Source: a virus | Reading direction: 5' to 3' (one strand) | DNA length: 45,960 nucleotides | IMG/VR virus record: IMGVR_UViG_3300017424_000001 | Location: 1 to 45,960 of that record | In this document: positions 34,121-41,351 of the stretch, in pieces | How positions within the stretch are numbered: the stretch's first letter is position 1 | How the letters are laid out: the number at the start of each line of letters is the position of its first letter | Translations under genes and position numbers: made by a program | The notes under the pieces: generated by a model | The model's input: only the letters and a program-made list of their open reading frames with translations | Databases searched by the model: none | Told to the model about the DNA's origin: nothing

Positions 34121-34153
34121 GAATAGCGGTTCCGCGTCTCTAGCCTCGCAGGC

Positions 34154-34507
34154 ATGGCCGAACGCGTAGACATCTATCTCCAGCGGAACGAGGACTGGGG
34201 ACGGTCACTCGCCTTGACCTCTGGCGGTGCGCCGATTGATCTCACCGGGTGTACAGTCGCTCTGCAGGTTCGTGACAAGCTGAACCAGTTTCTTGTCGCG
34301 GATGCCGAGGTCGACATCTTCGATCCGGCAAATGGTTACGTTAATCTAATCCTCAAGGCGTCAGAGGGCTCGCCTCTTTCAAACTTTGGGGCGCCGATCC
34401 AGACGGCCAATCTGCATTATGACTGTCGCATCACAGATGCCGATGGCTTCGACACTGTTCTTTTTGGCGGCATTGTCGTCCTTTCTAGAGGGGAGACCCG
34501 CGCGTGA
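34154..34507 (+). CDS. Hypothetical tail-fibre-associated protein
   Basis: ORF track, 117 aa. Confidence 0.5.
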   Translation: MAERVDIYLQRNEDWGRSLALTSGGAPIDLTGCTVALQVRDKLNQFLVADAEVDIFDPANGYVNLILKASEGSPLSNFGAPIQTANLHYDCRITDADGFDTVLFGGIVVLSRGETRA

Positions 34508-36183
34508 GCCAGTTCACGACCATTCCGATCGTCGTTGAGGTTTCTGGCGCTCGCGGGCCTGCCGGCGCAGGCATTGACGTCGTAACTCCTGTTGAGGACC
34601 GCCCGGGCAAACTGGCGCAGTTCATTGCGGGCGGTGATGGCCGGCGCCTGATCGCGGTCGAGGGAGGCGGGGCGGACGACGAGCTTCGTGGTGACATCGC
34701 GCAGCCGGAAGGCTCGTTGCTGTCGGGCCATCGCAACAAGACCGTAGGCGACTATCTCGGGCTGGCTTACCCGCCCGCTACGGCGTTGCGGATGTACGGC
34801 GACAGTATCACCGCGGGCTTCGTCGGTAGCGGGATGGACACCACCAACCGATACGCGACGCTGCTTGGCGCAGAGGTAGGAGTCACGCCTACCGTTCGCG
34901 CCGTCGCGGGTGGTTCGATCATGGACTGGATGCTCCTCCAGTACGCGGATGTCGTTTCGTCGGGTCAGGTTACGACGATCCTGCCAGGCTTCAATGACCA
35001 GCGTTTCGTCGGCGAAAGCGCGACGTTCCAGGCAGGCTATCGCGCCGCCTTGGCCGCTGCTGTGTCGTGGGCAGGCATCGCAGACGCCGACAAGATCAAG
35101 GCGGGCGACACGCGGATTCAATATTTTGGCTCATGGTCTGCCACGCCGGTTGCGCCGTACACCTTTGGGCGGTTCTCGCAGACGGAGGGCAACGCGCTGG
35201 CGCTGCCTCCCGTGTATGGCGACACGATCAACCTGTGCATGTTGCTGCAGAACAACTTTGGCGGTGTCGTCTCGATCGAAGTGGACGGCGCGATTGTTCG
35301 AACGGTCAATCTGATCGGCAACGGCGCCAACGGGATCGCGTTGGGCAACGGCGGGGCGGTCAGCAGCGTGACATACGCACCGCGTCTTATCCGCATTCCG
35401 GGCATGGGGCCGGGCGCGCACAATGTCGTGATCCGCAAGACTGACGCCACTACCACAAACGGGGGCGGGGCGGTTCATTTCCTGTGGGCCGATAGCGGGA
35501 TCCGGAAGTCAGAAACTCAGCCGACCGTCCTGCTTGGCGACACGCTGACGATGAACGCGACCGGCGCATCCAGTCTATCGGGTTATAACAACTACACGCG
35601 CCTCGCCAATGCGCAGTTCACGCAGATTGCCCGGGATGTCGCAGCTGAGGCTGCCGCAGACGGTGTCGACGTTCAGATGGTTGACACCCACAGGGCATGG
35701 TCGGCTGTCGACAATCCGTCAAATGACAACGTGCATCCACCGATCAGTGGCCATGCCAGCATAGCAGCCATGTTCGCGCGGGCAGCTCGAGGTGTGAAGG
35801 ATTACGGCGCAGCGACAGCTGGGCGGGCTGCGGCTCGTAAAGCCGAGATGATCGCGTCGGACAGCGGTGATCTTGCACCTACCCTGTTGAACGGCTGGGG
35901 CAATCTTGACCCTAATGCCTATGCGTCCGCAACATACGCCCGGGATGGCTCGGGTTTCGTCCACTTGGCTGGCATGATCTCAGGCGGGACGGCGACGCAG
36001 CACACGCCTCTGTTCGTTCTGCCCACCGGCTTCCGACCGGCCAAGACGATTTACTTCCCCGTTGCCGTTTTCGACGGCGCGTTCGGCTGCGTTCGCGTGA
36101 TGTCGAACGGAGAGGTGCAGATCGTATCGGGGAACGCAAGCTGGCTCAGCCTGAACGGCATCGGCTTCCGGGCGTCGGCGTGA
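34504..36183 (+). CDS. Tail fibre protein with an SGNH/GDSL hydrolase domain
   Basis: GTGA overlap start. RMYGDSITAGF (GDSL block I) and DNVHPPISGH (block V, D-x-x-H). Confidence 0.65.
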   Translation: MSQFTTIPIVVEVSGARGPAGAGIDVVTPVEDRPGKLAQFIAGGDGRRLIAVEGGGADDELRGDIAQPEGSLLSGHRNKTVGDYLGLAYPPATALRMYGDSITAGFVGSGMDTTNRYATLLGAEVGVTPTVRAVAGGSIMDWMLLQYADVVSSGQVTTILPGFNDQRFVGESATFQAGYRAALAAAVSWAGIADADKIKAGDTRIQYFGSWSATPVAPYTFGRFSQTEGNALALPPVYGDTINLCMLLQNNFGGVVSIEVDGAIVRTVNLIGNGANGIALGNGGAVSSVTYAPRLIRIPGMGPGAHNVVIRKTDATTTNGGGAVHFLWADSGIRKSETQPTVLLGDTLTMNATGASSLSGYNNYTRLANAQFTQIARDVAAEAAADGVDVQMVDTHRAWSAVDNPSNDNVHPPISGHASIAAMFARAARGVKDYGAATAGRAAARKAEMIASDSGDLAPTLLNGWGNLDPNAYASATYARDGSGFVHLAGMISGGTATQHTPLFVLPTGFRPAKTIYFPVAVFDGAFGCVRVMSNGEVQIVSGNASWLSLNGIGFRASA

Positions 36184-36404
36184 TCGTGTGCTGCGCGCTG
36201 GCGCTCTCCAGCATCCAAGAGGACGACATGAAGAAGTTCCGAGACTGCATGGCGAAGGCTATCCAGGAGGCGCCATCGCGCGAGACCGCTGACGAGCTCA
36301 AGCGGATCATGGAGCGCTGCGACAGCGATGTTTCGCCCAACGCAAAGCCCGTGGACGGCGACCCGCATTCGCCTGCGCCCCCACCGCCTCCGCCGACCAA
36401 GTAA
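36180..36404 (+). CDS. Small hypothetical protein with a Pro-rich tail
   Basis: GTG 36180 (GTGA overlap). Alternative ATG at 36228. Confidence 0.4.
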   Translation: MIVCCALALSSIQEDDMKKFRDCMAKAIQEAPSRETADELKRIMERCDSDVSPNAKPVDGDPHSPAPPPPPPTK

Positions 36405-36405
36405 C

Positions 36406-36843
36406 ATGCAGCCCGGCCATATCTACTTCATGTGCCTGGCGATCATCGTCATTCCGTTGCTGCCGTTCTCCCGGACGGCAGCGGTGGTCGGGCTTGCTTG
36501 GTTCCCCGGGCAATTCTCGTACCTAGCGGGGATCGATCCGCAGGCGCTCGATATTGTCCTAGCGATGGCGGCGTTCGTGCTGACATTCACCGTGGCGGCA
36601 AACGACCGCGATCGCGTGATTGGCTGGCTGTATCTGCCGACGGCGGCGATCCATATCAGCGCCGCCCTCGGCCACGCCGACGCCTACAGCGAATGGTGGG
36701 TCGACTGGTACTTCGCCATGGCCCGCGTGCTCCTGCTCCCGTTGACGGTCAACTGGGCAGCACTCCGTGAGGTCTACAGGGTATTCAAAACGCGTCGCGC
36801 TGCCGACGACATCATATGGAAGCGGGTGCTATGTTGGCAGTAA
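36406..36843 (+). CDS. Integral membrane protein (about 4 TM), holin-class candidate
   Basis: ORF 36328..36843 trimmed to ATG 36406. Several hydrophobic helices. Confidence 0.45.
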   Translation: MQPGHIYFMCLAIIVIPLLPFSRTAAVVGLAWFPGQFSYLAGIDPQALDIVLAMAAFVLTFTVAANDRDRVIGWLYLPTAAIHISAALGHADAYSEWWVDWYFAMARVLLLPLTVNWAALREVYRVFKTRRAADDIIWKRVLCWQ

Positions 36844-37118
36844 GCCTCTTGCGTATCGAGATCGCAGCATTCTCGGTGCTGGCAATTTGGATGGCCTTTG
36901 CCGTTTGGCGCTCGTCCCGCGGTGACAAGCGCTACGGCGATACCGCCCGCCTCGTCATCTTCAGTTTTTCGCTTCTGCTGATCTATCGAGATTGGCGGAT
37001 TCTCTATGTCGATCATAGCGACGAGGCAAAGATCATTATGACCGTGCTCGGCATATCCCTCGCATCCTTCACCGCTCTGGCAGCAAAAGCGTATGGTCGC
37101 GGTGCTCGCCTTTCTTGA
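36816..37118 (+). CDS. Integral membrane protein (about 3 TM), holin/antiholin candidate
   Basis: ORF track. Alternative ATG at 36831. Visibly lower-GC segment. Confidence 0.45.
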   Translation: MEAGAMLAVSLLRIEIAAFSVLAIWMAFAVWRSSRGDKRYGDTARLVIFSFSLLLIYRDWRILYVDHSDEAKIIMTVLGISLASFTALAAKAYGRGARLS

Positions 37119-37557
37119 GGTGGCTGCGGCTGCAGCTGAGGCCCCGGTTCCTGTGAGCCCGGGCTGGACACCATCGGCATTCATGGGTCTTCTGACCAAC
37201 GTCATTGGCCTGGCAGTCGGTGGTGGTGGGCTAAAGATCTTCGCCTCGCATCTGCTTGCCATGCGCAAGATCGCCGACGCGCGGGCGCTGCAGGTCGACG
37301 CCCGCGGCGACGCCCAGAACTCAGCGCTCACATCGCGCGTGACAGAGCTCGAGAAGGCGCTCTCCGACGAGCGTCGCGAGTGCGACAAGCAGCTTGCGGA
37401 GATGCGCGGCGAGCTGCGCGAGATGCAGACCAAGATCGACGGCTTCATACGCCAGCTGATCGCCTTCCAGACATCCGAGGCGCGGGCGATGCCGCTGTCC
37501 GACGTCATGAACCGAGCCGTCGCGGCCGTTGAGCGTATTCAGGAGAGCAAGGAATGA
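37093..37557 (+). CDS. Membrane-anchored coiled-coil protein (holin- or i-spanin-like)
   Basis: TM segment MGLLTNVIGLAVGGGGLKIFA, then a long coiled coil. Immediately precedes the endolysin. Confidence 0.45.
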   Translation: MVAVLAFLEVAAAAAEAPVPVSPGWTPSAFMGLLTNVIGLAVGGGGLKIFASHLLAMRKIADARALQVDARGDAQNSALTSRVTELEKALSDERRECDKQLAEMRGELREMQTKIDGFIRQLIAFQTSEARAMPLSDVMNRAVAAVERIQESKE

Positions 37558-38135
37558 TTGACGCCAAGCAGCTTCAACAGCGCCTAGGCATCGTCGACGA
37601 CGGCGTGATCGGCCGCGACACCTTCCGCGCGCTGTTCGCACGTTTCGGTGCGGCGCCGGAGCGCGCTTCCGAACTCGGCATGGCGGCAAACGTCTACCTG
37701 CGCACCTATGGCATCCTCGACACCCCGCTTCGCCTCGCGCACTTCATGGCGCAGCTCGCGCATGAGAGCGGCGGGTTCCGGTATATGGAGGAGATCGCCA
37801 GCGGTGCTGCCTACGAGGGGCGCGCAGACCTCGGCAACACGCAGGCGGGCGACGGCAAGCGATTTAAGGGCCGCGGGCCGATCCAGCTTACCGGTCGCGC
37901 CAATTACCGCACCTTCGGGCGCAAGGTCGGCATCGACATCGAGGCGCACCCGGAGGTCGTCGCACTGCCGTCGTTCGGGCTGCTCGTCGCCTGCATATTC
38001 TGGGACGCCAAGGGTCTGAACGCGCTGGCAGATGCGGATGACGTGGAGGCTGTAACGCGCCGCGTGAATGGCGGGCTCAACGGCCTGGCGGAACGCAAGA
38101 CCTATCTCATCAAGGCCAAGGGGCTGTTGCTGTGA
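37554..38135 (+). CDS. Endolysin, glycoside hydrolase family 19 (chitinase-like)
   Basis: HFMAQLAHESGGFRYMEE...GRADLGNTQAGDGKRFKGRGPIQLTGRANY is the GH19 signature. Confidence 0.9.
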   Translation: MIDAKQLQQRLGIVDDGVIGRDTFRALFARFGAAPERASELGMAANVYLRTYGILDTPLRLAHFMAQLAHESGGFRYMEEIASGAAYEGRADLGNTQAGDGKRFKGRGPIQLTGRANYRTFGRKVGIDIEAHPEVVALPSFGLLVACIFWDAKGLNALADADDVEAVTRRVNGGLNGLAERKTYLIKAKGLLL

Positions 38136-38530
38136 ACGACGAGCCGCACATCACCTACTTCAACATGGGGCCTTGGCCGATCTACGTCGGCTTTAGCGAC
38201 GATCCCATTGCCTTTGCGAAAGAGATGGACCGGATGCAGATGGAAGGGATCAACTTCGTGAATCCCGGCGCCAATGCGACGTGCCACTCCTTCAGCAAGG
38301 ACGACTCACGAACCTGCATCATCACGCTCGCCAAGGCCAAAGGCAAGTCGCGAGAGATGGTGGCGGCGTTGATCGCTCATGAGGCTGTGCATGTCGCGCA
38401 AGAGCTCTGGGAAGGGATCGGCGAGCACCAACCCGGGCGGGAGGCAGAGGCCTATCTGATCCAGATGATCACGCAATGCTGCCTGCAAGAGGCGTGGAAG
38501 ACGAACCGAACGCGGAGGACTGAACCATGA
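38132..38530 (+). CDS. HExxH zinc-metallopeptidase-like protein (ImmA/IrrE-, DUF955-like pattern)
   Basis: GTGA overlap. LIAHEAVHVAQELWEGIGEHQPGREAEAYLIQMI has an HExxH plus a downstream E-x-EA. Confidence 0.45.
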   Translation: MNDEPHITYFNMGPWPIYVGFSDDPIAFAKEMDRMQMEGINFVNPGANATCHSFSKDDSRTCIITLAKAKGKSREMVAALIAHEAVHVAQELWEGIGEHQPGREAEAYLIQMITQCCLQEAWKTNRTRRTEP

Positions 38531-38805
38531 CTGACCCAACCGACAACCCTATCGTGGTCAACCCTGACCCGACCTATGCGCAGCTGGCGATCGCGCTCCG
38601 CTATGCCATCACGACGCTCGGCGGGTATGCAGCCGGCAAGGGATGGATCGACGGCGATGCGGTTCAGGTCATCGCCTCTGTCGCGGCTATCCTTGCGCCG
38701 GCCGTCTACGCTGCATGGAAGGCGAACCGCGAGAAGAAGGCGCTTGTCACCATCACCCAGAGTGCGGCCGATAGCGTCGCTGTTGTGAAAGGCGCTTCCG
38801 CATGA
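38527..38805 (+). CDS. Two-TM small membrane protein (holin-like)
   Basis: ATGA overlap. LAIALRYAITTLGGYAA and VIASVAAILAPAVYAAW. Confidence 0.45.
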   Translation: MTDPTDNPIVVNPDPTYAQLAIALRYAITTLGGYAAGKGWIDGDAVQVIASVAAILAPAVYAAWKANREKKALVTITQSAADSVAVVKGASA

Positions 38806-38981
38806 AGATCCCCGGCCTAGGCAAGATCGCCAGCTTCCTGTGGAAGCGCCTTGTGCTCCCCGCGATCGGTCGCGCCATCGCAGACAAGTCCAACCCGCTT
38901 ACGGTTGCGAGGGCCACGGATGCTCTGGCAGAAGCTGCGCAGGCTGAGGCGTTGCGGCAGGCGGGGAAGCGGGTGTTCTAG
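38802..38981 (+). CDS. Small hypothetical protein (59 aa, below the ORF-track cutoff), last gene of the late operon
   Basis: ATGA overlap at 38802. Product is MKIPGLGKIASFLWKRLVLPAIGRAIADKSNPLTVARATDALAEAAQAEALRQAGKRVF. Confidence 0.4.
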   Translation: MKIPGLGKIASFLWKRLVLPAIGRAIADKSNPLTVARATDALAEAAQAEALRQAGKRVF

Positions 38982-39395
38982 TCGTGTGCCGGGCTTGATA
39001 CCGACTGTCGCTTGCGGCCCGCCATTTCAGGCTTCGCGTCTTTCGCCCCACGATTCCATGGGCCACAGGGTTCTCGCCCAACCTTTACGGGTGCTTACGC
39101 ATTGCCGTTGGACACAAGCCGCATGTCCATCCATGCCGCCACGACTAGAAAACCGGGCTAGCATGATCTGGTGAATTGTGCAATATGGCGCCATGCGGAC
39201 CCGAGATCGCGGGGATACGGTGGAAGCGGTTCCTAGGCCTGCGACCTCTCAGAAACGGTAGGGTGCGACTCCCCGCCTCCGCTCCAGTTTGACGTTCCTG
39301 CGCTGCTTTCGGGCATCAGGCTTACGGGCCGCAATCCACGGTAAGAGGTTGTTCTAGTTGCTGGTGGATAGCCTAGAGCCCGCCCGTACATCGCA

Positions 39396-39605
39396 TCACA
39401 GCCAAGGCGCCACGCTAAGATCCCCCGCCATAAACCGCCGGGCCCGATCGCGAAACGCCTCACGCAACGCAGCCGGCTCCCGCTCCCAAACCCCGCTGCG
39501 ACCCTTCCACGGTTCTGGCCACCTTTCTACCGGGGTCGTCACATACATATGCTCTGCGAACTCTTCGACCAACGGATGGCCTGCGTCTGGTATGCGCTTG
39601 GACAT
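39396..39605 (-). CDS. Hypothetical accessory protein
   Basis: ORF track, 69 aa, W/E/R-rich. No clear SD. Confidence 0.4.
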   Translation of the reverse strand: MSKRIPDAGHPLVEEFAEHMYVTTPVERWPEPWKGRSGVWEREPAALREAFRDRARRFMAGDLSVAPWL

Positions 39606-39702
39606 GGGGCGCGTTAGAACAGGGCGGGGAGGATTCGGCTACCATTTTCCTGGCGTCAGGAATATGGTTCGAAGCGAGCGGAATATTTCTCGGGGCCATC
39701 CG

Positions 39703-39894
39703 ATGGAAGATGATCTGATGTTCGGCAATCTGCCCAACGAGTTCGAGGCAGCAAGTCCCGGCAGCGTCTATCCCAAAAGTGGCTACCGCATATTCGTCGA
39801 CGGACGGATTGTTGACCGCATCTTTCCATACAACGTCGGCGCTATCATCCGTGTCGAGCCTCTACGGCGTTATCAGCCAAGGAAACGCAGGTAG
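39703..39894 (+). CDS. Hypothetical accessory protein
   Basis: ORF 39358..39894 trimmed to ATG 39703. Hand-counted GC3 about 62 percent. Overlaps the convergent neighbour by 50 nt. Confidence 0.3.
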   Translation: MEDDLMFGNLPNEFEAASPGSVYPKSGYRIFVDGRIVDRIFPYNVGAIIRVEPLRRYQPRKRR

Positions 39895-40213
39895 TTTCTC
39901 CATGCGTACAGAACTGAATCGACTTGCAGCGGCCGCATTCCCTACGATGGCGAATTTCGTCGCCCTGCCAACTGGACCACTGGTGGCTACATGGAACCTC
40001 TTTTTCGTTTAAATCAACTTGGACCATGGCTGACCAACATGAAGCCGGGCCGTCGTCTTGGGCGGGCCAGCGCCCGGCTTCAATCATGTTCGCACTTAGC
40101 GGCAACATGGCGGAGAGGGCGGCTCTAGCCATCGCGATAGCTTCTTCGGGGTCGCCCAAAAACTCGTCGGTTTCGTAGATGGCCCGCGCCATACGTTCGA
40201 TCATCGTAGTCAT
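39845..40213 (-). CDS. Hypothetical accessory protein with a Cys/His-rich C-terminus
   Basis: ORF 39845..40270 trimmed to ATG 40213 (AAGGA upstream). MIERMARAIYE... N-terminus, then ...CSHQWSSWQGDEIRHRRECGRCKSIQFCTHGE. Confidence 0.5.
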   Translation of the reverse strand: MTTMIERMARAIYETDEFLGDPEEAIAMARAALSAMLPLSANMIEAGRWPAQDDGPASCWSAMVQVDLNEKEVPCSHQWSSWQGDEIRHRRECGRCKSIQFCTHGETTCVSLADNAVEARHG

Positions 40214-40383
40214 ACGCGTCCTTTCAAAAGATTGCGGAGATGCTCGCGCTCGTTCGCAAGGACTATCCAAGGAGCGGTGCTAACCAAGTGCTGATAGCTA
40301 CCCACGCGGGCTTGGCTCTCCAACGCCCAGACATATGCAGTTTGGGCCTGGATCTCGATCTGGCTAACTGGTGAGCGCTTCAT
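40210..40383 (-). CDS. Small hypothetical protein (57 aa)
   Basis: ORF 40210..40452 trimmed to ATG 40383. ATGA overlaps on both sides. Confidence 0.4.
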   Translation of the reverse strand: MKRSPVSQIEIQAQTAYVWALESQARVGSYQHLVSTAPWIVLANEREHLRNLLKGRV

Positions 40384-40580
40384 ACATCGTACCCTTCCGA
40401 TAGGGTGAGAGCGTGACGGGCGTCGACCCTTTCGCAAAGATTGGCGAACCACAAGGCGCCCGCGCTATCAGGCCAGAACGACGCCGGCCCGCCGCATATC
40501 CCTATCCAGCGCCACAGCCACCGCTTGCGTTCCTGCACGCCCCACAGCTTCCCGCGACGCTTCACACGGATCTCGCTCAT
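40380..40580 (-). CDS. Small Trp/Arg-rich hypothetical protein
   Basis: ORF track, 66 aa. ATGA overlap. Confidence 0.45.
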   Translation of the reverse strand: MSEIRVKRRGKLWGVQERKRWLWRWIGICGGPASFWPDSAGALWFANLCERVDARHALTLSEGYDV

Positions 40581-40660
40581 ACTTCATCTCTTTCCTGATT
40601 AAGGCGGGCGTATGGGGTGAGGGGAAGAGCCGCGCGCAACTTGTCGACGATCTCGCTCAC
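40577..40660 (-). CDS. Mini-ORF (27 aa)
   Basis: GGGAGAAG SD, then GTG 40660. Product is VSEIVDKLRAALPLTPYARLNQERDEV. ATGA overlap with the next gene. Confidence 0.3.
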   Translation of the reverse strand: MSEIVDKLRAALPLTPYARLNQERDEV

Positions 40661-40700
40661 GCTACTTCTCCCTCGGTGAGGCGGGCGGGAAGGGTGGGGG

Positions 40701-41351
40701 TCATGCTGCTAACCTTTGTGGTTGAACCGATCGGGCAATCCCGATCAGGATCTCGCGGAACGCTGCCGGCGTACCGATGCGGGGCGAGCTGTCAGTGCCG
40801 CCACCCTTGCCGCCTACCTCGCCCAGACGCTTGGCGCGCTTGAGGCCCATCTTGGCAATGATCGCCGGGTCGAGCCGCGGTTCGCCGATGCCCCAATCGA
40901 GCTCGGGCAGATCCTCGAGGCGGACGCCATAGACGACCAGCAGCGTCGGCTTGCGGGCATAGTGTCCATAGCGGCCCTGCTCTACGCAGCAGGTCCAGCC
41001 GCCATAGAAGTCAGCCGATATCCAGCCGCCTTCCCGCGGGGGCGTGTTGAGCCCGAAATGCGGCCATGCGTGTGAGCCCCATGGATGCTCGATCACGCCG
41101 CCATGTTCGCGCGCGGATGCGAGGCAGGCAGCGAAACAGCCAGCGTCGTCGCCCTTGACCTTGCGGATACCCGTGCGCTTGATGTGTAGCGGCTGACCGG
41201 CCCAGAGCTTGCCCCAACGCTGGCAAGGCGGGTGGCCCACGATCGGATGCGGACCGGGGTAACGGCGCGCGTCGCGAACCTGATCCCAGGCATCGACGTC
41301 GGGAACGTCTGCATATGCGCCACCAGTTTCAACGTAGAGCGCGGCGATCAT
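40701..41351 (-). CDS. C5-cytosine-methyltransferase-like mini-protein (216 aa, no target-recognition domain)
   Basis: GHPPCQRWG (motif IV-like PCQ), GGVIEHPWGS (motif VI ENV-like) and VEQGRYGHYARKPTLL (motif VIII-like) appear in canonical order. Too short for a normal C5-MTase. Confidence 0.4.
   Translation of the reverse strand: MIAALYVETGGAYADVPDVDAWDQVRDARRYPGPHPIVGHPPCQRWGKLWAGQPLHIKRTGIRKVKGDDAGCFAACLASAREHGGVIEHPWGSHAWPHFGLNTPPREGGWISADFYGGWTCCVEQGRYGHYARKPTLLVVYGVRLEDLPELDWGIGEPRLDPAIIAKMGLKRAKRLGEVGGKGGGTDSSPRIGTPAAFREILIGIARSVQPQRLAA

Noticed and set aside
38851-39174. 107-aa plus-strand ORF spanning the end of the late operon and the non-coding gap
   Set aside because: It overlaps the better-supported 38802-38981 ORF in another frame. 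Its product is Arg/Pro/Cys-rich and low in complexity, and it has no SD.
39219-39292. tRNA-like or structured RNA closed by GCGGGGA/TCCCCGC
   Set aside because: The 7-bp closing stem is real, but the interior does not fold into D, anticodon or T arms. No TTCGAAT-like loop is present, and a single 7-mer complement can arise by chance. It is kept only as part of the non-coding-gap finding.
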